64,000 nt of DNA from Bacteroidales bacterium (lineage in GTDB: Bacteria; Bacteroidota; Bacteroidia; Bacteroidales; JAADJA01), in contig JAFGBL010000172.1 of the NCBI GenBank assembly GCA_016933115.1, forward strand, positions 76 to 64,075, read 5' to 3'. Both the position numbers and the translations under genes were made by a program. Under the pieces are notes generated by a model. That model did no database searches. It was not told the DNA's origin and saw only the letters and a list, made by a program, of their open reading frames with translations. This document shows, piece after piece, positions 21,483 to 31,826 of the stretch (position 1 is its first letter; each line of letters starts with the position of its first letter).

Positions 21483-22715
21483 TTATTTGAAGAACAAATA
21501 AGCCATCAAAATAGCAGCGACAATTCCTGCGAAATCTGCGATCAGTCCGCAGGTTACTGCATATCTTGTATTTTTAATTCCAACCGATCCGAAATAAACT
21601 GCAATGATATAAAAGGTTGTATCGGTTGCTCCCTGTACCGTTGAAGCAACCCTTCCAACAAATGAATCAGCACCGAAGGTGTCCATCGCCTCCACCATCA
21701 TACCCCGTGCACCACTACCACTCAAAGGTTTCATCAATGCAGTCGGCAAGGCTTCCACGAAAGCTGTATCTATTCCAATCGACTGGAATACCCACCTTAC
21801 ACCATCCGTAAACATTTCCATAGCCCCCGATGCCCTGAATGCACCTATAGCAACTAAAATAGCCACCAGGAACGGGATGATCTTAATTGCAATTTGAAAA
21901 CCTTCTTTAGCTCCTTCAATAAATGTTTCGTAAATATTGATTTTTTTGCGGATGGCCAGGAGAATAAATGAAATAATAACCGAAAACAATATGAGTGAAC
22001 TGGCAATTGATGAGATATTCGTAATTTGTTCTTGTTCAAGTGTAGAAAAATAATAGATAACTCCAACTATCAGAACTGTCAATCCTCCCAGGTAGGCTAG
22101 GACAACTTTATTCAGCAGGTTAATTTTCTGATAAACTGCAACTGCCAATAGGCCGGCAATTGTTGAAAAATACGTCGCGAGCAGGATGGGGATAAAAATA
22201 TCAGCAGGGTTGGCTGCTCCCAGCTGTGCACGGTAAACCATGATACTGATAGGTAAAATAGTGAGGCCGGAAGTATTTAAAACAAGGAACATGATCATGG
22301 CATTTGAAGCTGTATCCTTTGCCATGTTTGTTTTTTGCATTTCCTCCATGGCTTTCAAACCCATTGGGGTAGCTGCATTATCCAATCCCAACATATTTGC
22401 GGAGATATTCAGCATCATTGGGCCATAAGCAGGATGGTCATTTGGTAAATCAGGGAACAACCTGTTAAAGAATGGGCCGACAGCCCTGGCAAAAATATTG
22501 ACAACACCTCCTTTTTCTCCAATTCGCATCAGCCCAAGCCACAGGGTAAGCACTCCTGTCAATCCCAATGAAATGGTAAACCCTGCATCAGCAGAATCAA
22601 ATACACTGTTTATCATAGCTGGGAAAACTTCAATATCTCCAAAAAACACCAACCTGGCCAATCCAATAACAAAGGCGATCAGAAAGAAAAAAATCCAGAT
22701 ATAATTTAAAGCCAT
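21483..22715 (-). CDS. SpmA/SpmB-fusion (nucleoside recognition gate domain) membrane protein
   Basis: ANMLGLDNAATPMG, KPLSGSGA and TDTTFYIIAVYFG motifs; many TM helices. Confidence 0.9.
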   Translation of the reverse strand: MALNYIWIFFFLIAFVIGLARLVFFGDIEVFPAMINSVFDSADAGFTISLGLTGVLTLWLGLMRIGEKGGVVNIFARAVGPFFNRLFPDLPNDHPAYGPMMLNISANMLGLDNAATPMGLKAMEEMQKTNMAKDTASNAMIMFLVLNTSGLTILPISIMVYRAQLGAANPADIFIPILLATYFSTIAGLLAVAVYQKINLLNKVVLAYLGGLTVLIVGVIYYFSTLEQEQITNISSIASSLILFSVIISFILLAIRKKINIYETFIEGAKEGFQIAIKIIPFLVAILVAIGAFRASGAMEMFTDGVRWVFQSIGIDTAFVEALPTALMKPLSGSGARGMMVEAMDTFGADSFVGRVASTVQGATDTTFYIIAVYFGSVGIKNTRYAVTCGLIADFAGIVAAILMAYLFFK

Positions 22716-22970
22716 ATTAATTTATCAACAGCAATGCCCGAAATTAATTTATTTATCTACACATTTAAAGCTTCAATCAAATTCTTTACTAAGAATTACC
22801 TGTTAATAATGAATCCTTTATCAAATTTTGTCAATGTTAACGATTATATGAAAGGAGGATGTAAAAAAAATTGTTATTTTTACGGCTTCTTAATAATGTG
22901 TTATTTTGAGTGTCTTTCATAGATATATCTTTATTTTCAACACACATCGAAAAGTTTAATCATACCATTT

Positions 22971-24479
22971 ATGATAAAAAAAATACTTGTAGCCAACAGG
23001 GGTGAGATTGCTGTAAGGGTAATGAGGACATGCCGGGAAATGGGCATTCATTCGGTTGCCGTTTTTTCGGATGCCGATCGCAATGCCATGCATGTAAGAT
23101 ATGCCGATGAAGCCTATCACATCGGGCCTTCCCCTTCCAGTGAAAGCTATCTGGATATCGACAAAATAATTGCTGCAGCTAAAAAATCAAAAGCCGATGC
23201 CATCCATCCGGGGTATGGTTTCTTGTCGGAAAATGCTGAATTCTCCAAAAGATGCAGTAAAGAAGGCATAAAGTTTATTGGGCCATCAGCCGATTCAATT
23301 GCTGCGATGGGGGATAAAATTACCGCCCGAAGAGCCATTACCAGGGCCGGAGTACCAATTGTTCCGGGAACAACAGATCCCCTCACTTCTGATGAAGATG
23401 CATTAAAAGTGATTAAAGGCATTGGCCTTCCTGTGATGATAAAAGCATCAGCAGGTGGGGGTGGAAAAGGTATGCGGCTGGTAAGCAATGAAAAGGATAT
23501 CATTCCTTCACTCAGGGCAGCCAAATCGGAAGCCAGGGCTTCATTTGGTAATGACGCTGTTTATGTTGAAAAATACATTTCATCACCGCACCACATCGAA
23601 TTTCAAATTCTGGCCGATCAATACGGGAACGTAATTCACTTGTTTGAGCGGGAATGTTCAGTTCAGCGAAGACATCAAAAAGTGATTGAAGAAACACCGA
23701 GTCCGCTCCTTACATCGGAAATCAGGGAAGAAATGGGTAGCCACGCCGTAGCTGTTGCCAAGGCTGCAAGTTACGAGGGAGCAGGCACCATTGAATTCAT
23801 CGTGGATGAGAACCTGAATTATTTTTTTCTCGAAATGAATACGAGGCTTCAGGTAGAGCATCCCATTACAGAAAGGGTCGTAGGTATAGATCTTGTGAGG
23901 GAACAAATCAATATTGCAAATGGATTTGAACTGACATATAAACAGAACGAAGTCACGCAAAATGGCCATGCCATTGAATGCCGTATTTACGCGGAAGACC
24001 CGGATAATAATTTTATTCCGAGTCCCGGAGTCATTCAGCATATTACTGAGCCCCTTGGTTTTGGCGTCAGGCATGATGGATATGTTTATGAAGGGTATGA
24101 AATACCAATGTATTATGACCCGCTTATTTCCAAGTTGATCATTTGGGGAAAAACCAGGGACGAAGCCATTGCCAGGATGAAAAGAGCCCTGTTCGCATAT
24201 AAAATAACCGGTGTTAAAACATCCATAAAATTCCTTGAGCGAATCATGAATACACCGGATTTTGTAAACGGGAATTATAACACTCATTTCATTGAAAAAA
24301 ACTGGAAGTTTTTGCAGGATGAAGATAAATGCACCGGAGATTGTAAAGCAATGGCCATCATAGCCGCATTTATTGACTATCAAAACAGGATTAAGGAAGT
24401 GAAGGGTAAAATGAACACTAAATCATCAGGCTCCAACTGGAAATCTTGTAATCGTAAGAAAAGCATGTTAAGATTATAA
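22971..24479 (+). CDS. accC: Biotin carboxylase subunit of an acyl-CoA carboxylase
   Basis: ANRGEIA, HPGYGFLSEN, GGGGKGMR, RECSVQRRHQK and EMNTRLQVEH motifs. Confidence 0.93.
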   Translation: MIKKILVANRGEIAVRVMRTCREMGIHSVAVFSDADRNAMHVRYADEAYHIGPSPSSESYLDIDKIIAAAKKSKADAIHPGYGFLSENAEFSKRCSKEGIKFIGPSADSIAAMGDKITARRAITRAGVPIVPGTTDPLTSDEDALKVIKGIGLPVMIKASAGGGGKGMRLVSNEKDIIPSLRAAKSEARASFGNDAVYVEKYISSPHHIEFQILADQYGNVIHLFERECSVQRRHQKVIEETPSPLLTSEIREEMGSHAVAVAKAASYEGAGTIEFIVDENLNYFFLEMNTRLQVEHPITERVVGIDLVREQINIANGFELTYKQNEVTQNGHAIECRIYAEDPDNNFIPSPGVIQHITEPLGFGVRHDGYVYEGYEIPMYYDPLISKLIIWGKTRDEAIARMKRALFAYKITGVKTSIKFLERIMNTPDFVNGNYNTHFIEKNWKFLQDEDKCTGDCKAMAIIAAFIDYQNRIKEVKGKMNTKSSGSNWKSCNRKKSMLRL

Positions 24480-24490
24480 TAAAAAGTATT

Positions 24491-24997
24491 ATGGCTTTAG
24501 AAATTAATATAGACGGAAAATCCGTCAGCGTTGAATTGATCGGACAGGTTGGCAACCGACATCAGATTTCCATCAATGGAAAGGTATATGATGTTGATCT
24601 GGTTCAGGTGGAGAAAGGTGTGTACTCAATTTTATACAAGAACAAATCTTACAATGTTGAACTGACACAGGGAAAAATACCCAAAACCTATACCATCAAT
24701 ACCCTATATAATTCATACGACATCAGTATAATGGATGCCGAAGCCAAGTACCTGAAAGGCCGATCGCATGACCACCTGGATGATGGAACTACCATCTCCT
24801 CACCCATGCCCGGAAAAGTGGTAAGGGTACTTGTGAATGAAGGAGAAAAGGTGGTTGCCGGTGATACGGTGATTATTATTTCAGCCATGAAAATGGAAAG
24901 CGAATATAAAGTAAAAAAAGACCGGACCATTAAAAAGATCCTGGTAAAAGAGGGAGATACCATTGATGGAAGCCAGCCATTGATAATCACCGAGTAA
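24491..24997 (+). CDS. Biotin carboxyl carrier protein
   Basis: SPMPGKV and AMKME biotinylation motif. Confidence 0.93.
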   Translation: MALEINIDGKSVSVELIGQVGNRHQISINGKVYDVDLVQVEKGVYSILYKNKSYNVELTQGKIPKTYTINTLYNSYDISIMDAEAKYLKGRSHDHLDDGTTISSPMPGKVVRVLVNEGEKVVAGDTVIIISAMKMESEYKVKKDRTIKKILVKEGDTIDGSQPLIITE

Positions 24998-25036
24998 TTA
25001 TTATTACATTCACGGAAAATATAAAGGAAAAATATT

Positions 25037-26572
25037 ATGGGGTTAGACGAAAAATACAATCAGTTTGAAGAAAGAAGCAAATTAGCTGAATTAGGTGGAG
25101 GAAAAGAACGAATTGACAAACAACATAATGCGGGTAGAAAAACTGCTCGGGAACGGATCAATGACTTGCTCGATCCGGATACTTTTGTTGAAACAGATAA
25201 ATTTGTAACTCACAGGGCTACTGATTTCGGAATCGACAAAAACAGAATTCTGGGCGATGGAGTTGTTGCCGGCCATGGGAAAATAGACGGACGCCTGGTA
25301 TTTGTTTTCGCACAGGATTTTACTGTTTTCGGCGGTACTTTAAGCCGGGCGAATGCAGATAAGATCACCAAGATCATGGATCTGGCCTTAAAAATGGGCG
25401 CTCCTGTTATCGGCCTTAATGATTCCGGAGGGGCTCGTATACAGGAAGGTGTGGAAAGCCTGGCCGGTTATGCCGATATTTTTTATCGAAATACAATCGC
25501 CTCTGGAGTTATACCACAGATTTCTGCTGTGTTGGGCCCTTGCGCCGGTGGTGCGGTTTATTCACCTGCCATTACCGATTTTATCATGATGGTAAAAGAT
25601 ACCAGCTACATGTTTGTAACCGGACCTGATGTCATTAAAACAGTAACCCATGAGGAGGTTACCAAAGAAGACCTCGGTGGTGCCATGACCCATAACTCCA
25701 AAAGTGGCGTAGCTCATTTCATTGCTGAAAATGATGAGAATGCTATGATGATGATACGGGAACTGATCAGTTTCATCCCCTCCAATAATCTGGAGGACCC
25801 ACCGATAAAGCCCTGTACTGATGATATCTACAGGGAGGATGAAAGACTTCAGACAATTGTACCTGATGATCCGAATAAACCTTATGACATGAAAGAAATT
25901 ATCACCACAGTAGTGGATGAGCATAATTTCTTTGAAGTGATGCCTTACTATGCTCAAAATATCATTGTCGGATTTGCCAGGTTTGGTGGAAGACCGGTTG
26001 GTATTGTAGCAAACCAGCCTGGCAATCTTGCAGGTGTTCTTGACATTAGTTCTTCGGTAAAAGGAGCTCGTTTTGTCAGATTTTGCGATGCATTCAACAT
26101 CCCATTGGTAACTTTTGTTGATGTTCCCGGATTTCTTCCCGGTACGGCCCAGGAATTCGGAGGAATTATAAAGCATGGGGCAAAATTGTTATTTGCTTTT
26201 GCCGAAGCTACTGTCCCAAAAATCACGCTCATTACTCGCAAAGCCTATGGCGGAGCTTATGACGTGATGTCGAGCAAACACATCGGCGCCGATGTTAACT
26301 TCGCATACCCAACTGCAGAGATTGCCGTTATGGGACCTGAAGGTGCAGTTAACATCATTTTTAGGGATAAACTAAGTGATGAAGATAAAAAGCAGGCTGT
26401 TGAAGAATATAAGAAAACTTTCGCCAGTCCCTATAAAGCTGCAGCTTTAGGTTATATAGACGAAATTATATATCCCAAACAGACGCGTTTTAAAATAATT
26501 CAGGCACTTGAAATGACACAGAACAAGGCGAAATCACATCCGCCCAAGAAACATGGAAATATACCATTGTAA
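25037..26572 (+). CDS. pccB: Acyl-CoA (propionyl/methylmalonyl-CoA type) carboxyltransferase subunit
   Basis: [27 protein letters not shown] and the C-terminal KKHGNIPL. Confidence 0.85.
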   Translation: MGLDEKYNQFEERSKLAELGGGKERIDKQHNAGRKTARERINDLLDPDTFVETDKFVTHRATDFGIDKNRILGDGVVAGHGKIDGRLVFVFAQDFTVFGGTLSRANADKITKIMDLALKMGAPVIGLNDSGGARIQEGVESLAGYADIFYRNTIASGVIPQISAVLGPCAGGAVYSPAITDFIMMVKDTSYMFVTGPDVIKTVTHEEVTKEDLGGAMTHNSKSGVAHFIAENDENAMMMIRELISFIPSNNLEDPPIKPCTDDIYREDERLQTIVPDDPNKPYDMKEIITTVVDEHNFFEVMPYYAQNIIVGFARFGGRPVGIVANQPGNLAGVLDISSSVKGARFVRFCDAFNIPLVTFVDVPGFLPGTAQEFGGIIKHGAKLLFAFAEATVPKITLITRKAYGGAYDVMSSKHIGADVNFAYPTAEIAVMGPEGAVNIIFRDKLSDEDKKQAVEEYKKTFASPYKAAALGYIDEIIYPKQTRFKIIQALEMTQNKAKSHPPKKHGNIPL

Positions 26573-26965
26573 TTAAGCTTTGGGAGCTTTTTCGTTTTCG
26601 GTAAGTTGTTTGCTTAGGATTTCCTTTTCCTGTTTAACCTGTTCAATGGCATTGTTGAGGGTTGTATTGATACGCTCTACCAATTGAGGAACTTCATCCA
26701 GGTTAATGTTGTCCCTGGTATTATTCTCAAGCCTGCGAATATCTTGTTTTATCTCATTGATACAAAAAATATCAACAGAAGATTTAAGTTTATGGGCAAG
26801 CTTACTTACTCCATCCATATCGTTCTTCTCATAACAAATATTCAGTTCGGAAAGGCTTTCCGGAGTGGCTTGCAGAAAGATTTTTATCATTTGAAAAATG
26901 GCACTTCTATCGCCCCCGAGCATTTCATCAAGATTGGTAAGGTCAAACAATTTTTTAGCTTCCAT
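26573..26965 (-). CDS. Stand-alone Hpt (histidine phosphotransfer) protein
   Basis: LAHKLKSS motif in a helical 130 aa protein. Confidence 0.85.
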   Translation of the reverse strand: MEAKKLFDLTNLDEMLGGDRSAIFQMIKIFLQATPESLSELNICYEKNDMDGVSKLAHKLKSSVDIFCINEIKQDIRRLENNTRDNINLDEVPQLVERINTTLNNAIEQVKQEKEILSKQLTENEKAPKA

Positions 26966-27026
26966 TGATTGTAAGGTATTTTTATTTGAATTAAAATTTG
27001 TTTATAATAATTTGATATTTAGGTTT

Positions 27027-27042
27027 AGCAACTATTATACCA
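27027..27042 (-). promoter_or_regulatory. Putative sigma54 -24/-12 promoter for the Hpt gene
   Basis: The minus strand reads TGGTATA-ATAG-TTGCT, with exact GG-N10-GC spacing, about 60 bp upstream of the Hpt ATG. Confidence 0.65.
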
Positions 27043-27195
27043 CACATTCAAACACTTGTATTTAAAGCTTTTATAATAATTTTACAACTTCAATTATTTC
27101 CCCTTTTGATAATTCAATTTAAAAAATGGAAATTAATATAAATTGTCGATGATTATCAATTGATCTTATTAATATTCCAACAAAAACTGCCAAAA

Positions 27196-28539
27196 TCAGA
27201 TTTCGTTGTTTTTAAGCATTCTATAGATCGTCGACTTCCCGATATCCAGTTTCTTGGCTACGACCATTACATTGTTATTATATTTTTGAAGATAGTACTT
27301 TACAATCTTGTTGACATACCCTTGTAAGGTATCTTCTTCCAAAAGAAAATCACTTTTTGCATTTGTTGAATTGAAAGTTACGTGCTCGTCCTCAATGACG
27401 GCAGTGTTGGTCATAACACAGGCAAGTTCCATAACTGCTTTCAACTCCCTTACATTACCCGGAAATGGATACTTCATTAGTTTTTCCTGGGCTTTTGCCG
27501 AAATATCCAGCTTATTCATTTTATTTTCCCTGCAGAAATCATCTACAAAAAATTTGGCCAAAATCAGAATATCATTTCCCCGGTAACGAAGTGGCGGAAT
27601 TTCGATAGGTAATCCCAACAACCTGTAATAAAGATCTTCACGAAAATTGCCCTTTTGAACCTCCTTAGCTAAATTCCGGTTGGTAGCAACAATTACACGT
27701 GCATCAAATTTAACCGGCTTGTTACCGCCCACACGGTACAACTCCTTTTCCTGGATCACGCGCAATAACTTGGCTTGCATATTCAGATCCATTTCACCAA
27801 TCTCATCCAAAAAAATGGTTCCTTTGTTGGCCACCTCAAATTTTCCTATTTTCCGGGCGTTTGCACCCGTGAATGATCCTTTTTCATGGCCAAACATTTC
27901 ACTCTCGATCAATTCACTTGGAATCGCCGTAACATTAATTGGAACAAACGTATGTCTTGACCTTGGGGAATTATAGTGAATGGCTTTAGCGACCAGTTCT
28001 TTTCCTGTTCCGGTTTCACCGTAGAGAGAGACTGTTATATTTGTTTTAGTTGCTTTTTCAATTAGTCCGAATATTTGCTTGATAGCAGGACTATTCCCCT
28101 TTATGATCTTCTTAAATTCATATTTTTTCCCGATTTCTTCCTTCAGGACGTTGATCTCTTCCTTTAATTCCAGGCGTTCCTTGATGTTTTTCAAGGTGTT
28201 CCATAACCGTTCCTTGGTATCTTCATCCTTTACAAAATAGTCATAGGCTCCTTCCTTTAACAATTTAACGGCAGTTGCTACATCTTCCTGACCCGAAACA
28301 ATAACGATGGGTATTTCATTGCTGAATTCCCTAACCCTTCTAATCACCTCAAAGCCCGACATATCCGGGAGAGAATAATCCAAAGATATGAGTGAAGGAT
28401 TCAAATATAGATTTTTAAGGCATTCCGTCCCTGTCTCAAATTTAAAAACTTCATTGTCAGGATTTAACGACAAATGGTACTTGAGCATCTCACCATACAA
28501 CGGATCATCCTCCACAACGAATATCTTGAACGAACTCAT
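27196..28539 (-). CDS. NtrC-family sigma54-dependent response regulator (receiver-AAA+-HTH)
   Basis: Receiver VEDD/LDYSLPD, GETGTGKE, GHEKGSFTGA, FLDEIGE, FREDLYYRL, PGNVREL and a Fis-type HTH. Confidence 0.95.
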   Translation of the reverse strand: MSSFKIFVVEDDPLYGEMLKYHLSLNPDNEVFKFETGTECLKNLYLNPSLISLDYSLPDMSGFEVIRRVREFSNEIPIVIVSGQEDVATAVKLLKEGAYDYFVKDEDTKERLWNTLKNIKERLELKEEINVLKEEIGKKYEFKKIIKGNSPAIKQIFGLIEKATKTNITVSLYGETGTGKELVAKAIHYNSPRSRHTFVPINVTAIPSELIESEMFGHEKGSFTGANARKIGKFEVANKGTIFLDEIGEMDLNMQAKLLRVIQEKELYRVGGNKPVKFDARVIVATNRNLAKEVQKGNFREDLYYRLLGLPIEIPPLRYRGNDILILAKFFVDDFCRENKMNKLDISAKAQEKLMKYPFPGNVRELKAVMELACVMTNTAVIEDEHVTFNSTNAKSDFLLEEDTLQGYVNKIVKYYLQKYNNNVMVVAKKLDIGKSTIYRMLKNNEI

Positions 28540-28921
28540 ACAAGCAACGGTTTAAATTTTCGAATTTACTACAATTTTTTCAGAGTTTCCCAAAATGAGA
28601 ATGTTTTTTCAATTAATCCTATTTCCATGTTTTGAACTCATTGTGAAAACTCATATTAATCTTATTGATTTGTTTTTCTGATTATTATAAATTATTAAAT
28701 GCTTCCACATTCCAAATCCTGGGATATTACGAATATTAATAACTAATTGTTTCATAAATGATTTATTAAAGCCATGGTAAATGATTCCCAAAATGAAAAT
28801 CTTTCCAAATTAATTTTCACTTTCAAGTATTACTTTGATTTATTTCCTTTTCAATCTCATTAAAGTTGCTGATTTTTAATTCGTAATTTTGCAAATTCAA
28901 AATTTTCCAGATTCAGATAAA

Positions 28922-30139
28922 ATGGTCAAAATAATTCTGAAGTTGCTAAAGTCGGTTGCTAATCTTCTTTTGGGTACAATGGCCTTATTGATCCTGATAT
29001 TTACCATCAAATACATTACATGCCCGGTTTTTACCTTTGAGAAGGCGCAACCTTTTTCAGGGAATAAAATTTACAATCCTTATGATGGAATTAAAAGCAC
29101 CAATTGGCAAAAGGCTAATTTCCAGGTACAATCCTATGCCTGGTCAGGAATTACTTCTGGTAGGGGAAATACGAACCAGGAGATTTACGATGTATATAAA
29201 AGACTGGGATATGATGTAATAGCCACCTCAGATTACCAAAAAATAAACCGGTTCAGAGAAGGTGACCCTTCTTATATTCCGGTATATGAACATGGTTATG
29301 GGATCAGGAAAAATCACCAGGTTCTGATCGGGGCAAAAAAAGTAATGTGGAAGGATTATCCTATATTTCAAACGATCCACAACAAACAAAACATACTCAA
29401 CAATCTCAGGGAACAAAATGAGTTGGTTTATATCGCACATCCCAAACTGCGTGAAGGTTACCAACCTGAAGACATGGAACTGTTGTCAAATTATGATGGA
29501 ATCGAGGTCCTGAATAATTACCGAACTTCACTTGAGCACTGGGATGCTGCCTTATCTTCAGGGAAATATGTTACCATCCTTGGTAACGATGACGCGCATG
29601 ATATTTCCAATCCCGACGAAATCGGCCATCACTGTACCTTCATCAATGCCCCAACCAATCGCCGTGAAGATGTTATTTCTGCCTTGAAAGCCGGAAGGTC
29701 GTTCGGTGCAAAGATTTACAGGCCCAATGGTGAATCGTTTGCTGATAAAATAGACCGTATCCGGATTTTACCCATAATCCAAAGTGTTGAAGTTAAAAAC
29801 GATACTTTATTTATTGAATGTGATTCCGTAGCAACAGCGTTCAGGTTCTTAGGTCAAAATGGTAGGATATTGAAAACATCCGGACCATCTGCCTCAGCAT
29901 CTTACCACATACAAGCAGAAGATCACTATGTCAGGGCCGAAATCGAATTTCCGGGAAAATCCATTTTTTACCTGAATCCAATTGCACGATATGACAATAA
30001 ATTCCCACATAACAATAACATCCCGGTGATCGACACCTTTAAAACATCTATCCTTCGCATTATCGGATTTGCTTCCCTGGTATTTATTTTCCTGAATATT
30101 CTTTTCCTTCGAAAAAGGATAAAATCAGACAAGAAATGA
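28922..30139 (+). CDS. Membrane-anchored PHP-fold (metallo-phosphoesterase-like) protein
   Basis: N- and C-terminal TM helices; SDYQ, YEHG, AHP, IEVLN and GNDDAH motifs. A TAATTTTG -7 box at 28884-28891 supports ATG 28922. Confidence 0.65.
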   Translation: MVKIILKLLKSVANLLLGTMALLILIFTIKYITCPVFTFEKAQPFSGNKIYNPYDGIKSTNWQKANFQVQSYAWSGITSGRGNTNQEIYDVYKRLGYDVIATSDYQKINRFREGDPSYIPVYEHGYGIRKNHQVLIGAKKVMWKDYPIFQTIHNKQNILNNLREQNELVYIAHPKLREGYQPEDMELLSNYDGIEVLNNYRTSLEHWDAALSSGKYVTILGNDDAHDISNPDEIGHHCTFINAPTNRREDVISALKAGRSFGAKIYRPNGESFADKIDRIRILPIIQSVEVKNDTLFIECDSVATAFRFLGQNGRILKTSGPSASASYHIQAEDHYVRAEIEFPGKSIFYLNPIARYDNKFPHNNNIPVIDTFKTSILRIIGFASLVFIFLNILFLRKRIKSDKK

Positions 30140-31698
30140 TTTCGGAACATTACAAGAAGAAGATATTCATTTTGATATCCGTTTCGGTTATTGTAAGAAT
30201 TTTCCTTGCAAATTTTACCGAACTTGGAAATGACGAAGTATATTACTGGACCTATGCGCTTTATCCTGACCTGAGCCATTTTGATCATCCACCTATGGTT
30301 GGGTTTATGATCCAATTATTTTCGTTTAACCTGTTTTTCGAAAGCGAACTCTGGATCAGGTTGAGTTCCATCGTTTTGGGTTCGGTCAATATCTGGCTGA
30401 TTTATCTGATCGGATCCAGAATTAATGGAAACAGGACCGGGTTTTATTCGGCTGTTCTTTATGTTTCTTCGCTATATGGATCGGTCATTACCGGAATTTT
30501 CATTTTGCCCGATACGCCGCAAATGTTTTTTTGGGTGCTCAGCCTCTTCTATATTATTCAAATGGTCGAACCAAATAACCAAATAAAACAGTCAAATTTC
30601 CTGTTCATAGCTTTTGGGATTACCGCTGGCCTCGCCCTCCTATCGAAATACACTTCTATATTCCTATGGATTGGCGTCTTCATCTATGTGTTAATCTACA
30701 ACCGGCAGAAACTGAAAACAGGCATCCTTTATTTATCGGTCATGATATCGATATTAATCTTTCTACCTGTTATTTTGTGGAATTTTCAGAACGACTTCAT
30801 CAGCTTTACCTTTCAGGGTGGCCGTGTTGCTATTTCTGATAAGAGTTTTTTCAGACCCGATTATTTTTTACTGGAAATCCTGGGTGAGTTCTTTTATAAC
30901 AATCCAATTAACGTTGTAATTGTCATTTTATCACTTTTTTCAATTGCAAAAAGAAGAATTCCAATAAATCCCCAAATTAAGATTTTACTTTCCATTGGAT
31001 TGCCGTTGATTATAACTTTTCTGGTTATTTCCCTTTTCAAAAGAACCTTACCCCACTGGACGGCTCCGGGATACACCACACTTTTAATTGTAGCGGCTTA
31101 TTATCTTGATATCAGCTACCAGGAAATAACGAAAAAAGGAATTCTTCCTTCAATATTAAAATACTCCCTGTTGCTATTGGGTTTTGTGGTCATCCTCAGT
31201 TTTCTCCAGATTAATTTTGGTTTGATCAGATTTGAAAATCCCAACAAAGTATCTGCCCAATCGCTTGGAAAAATGGACATCTCGTTGGATATTTATGGTT
31301 GGAGGCAAATCGGAACAAAATTCACTTCAATTCACCAGCGGGATCAACAAAATGGAACATTTAAATCCAATACAATTATCAGCCACCGGTGGTTCCCTGC
31401 TGCCAATCTCGACTATTATGCGGCCAAACCAAACCAAATGAATGTGCTGGCGATCGGGTACATCAGTGCTATTCATAAGTATTACTGGATCAACTGGCAA
31501 AGGGGTGGGTTCCACCTGGGTATGGATGCCTATTGTATCACCACAAGCCACGATTATTCGGATCCTGTGGTGGATTTCTCACAATTTTTTACGACAGTAG
31601 AGCCCTCGGATACCATCCGCATTGAGAGAGGTGGCAAACATGTGATGAATGCCTTTGTTTACCGGCTTACAGATATGAAAAGGCTTCCAAAATGGTAA
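30136..31698 (+). CDS. GT-C glycosyltransferase (family 39 / ArnT-like)
   Basis: DEVYYW, FDHPPM, PDTP and LSKYT motifs; many TM helices. Confidence 0.88.
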   Translation: MISEHYKKKIFILISVSVIVRIFLANFTELGNDEVYYWTYALYPDLSHFDHPPMVGFMIQLFSFNLFFESELWIRLSSIVLGSVNIWLIYLIGSRINGNRTGFYSAVLYVSSLYGSVITGIFILPDTPQMFFWVLSLFYIIQMVEPNNQIKQSNFLFIAFGITAGLALLSKYTSIFLWIGVFIYVLIYNRQKLKTGILYLSVMISILIFLPVILWNFQNDFISFTFQGGRVAISDKSFFRPDYFLLEILGEFFYNNPINVVIVILSLFSIAKRRIPINPQIKILLSIGLPLIITFLVISLFKRTLPHWTAPGYTTLLIVAAYYLDISYQEITKKGILPSILKYSLLLLGFVVILSFLQINFGLIRFENPNKVSAQSLGKMDISLDIYGWRQIGTKFTSIHQRDQQNGTFKSNTIISHRWFPAANLDYYAAKPNQMNVLAIGYISAIHKYYWINWQRGGFHLGMDAYCITTSHDYSDPVVDFSQFFTTVEPSDTIRIERGGKHVMNAFVYRLTDMKRLPKW

Positions 31699-31826
31699 TC
31701 CAACCAAAAATCTCCATTGTTAAAATGGCGGTGATTACATATACTTCAACGGATACCAACTTTAGTCGATTTCCTCTTCAAGTCATTTAAAATGTTAATT
31801 GGGTGTTTTGAAATGTGAGGTAAAGC

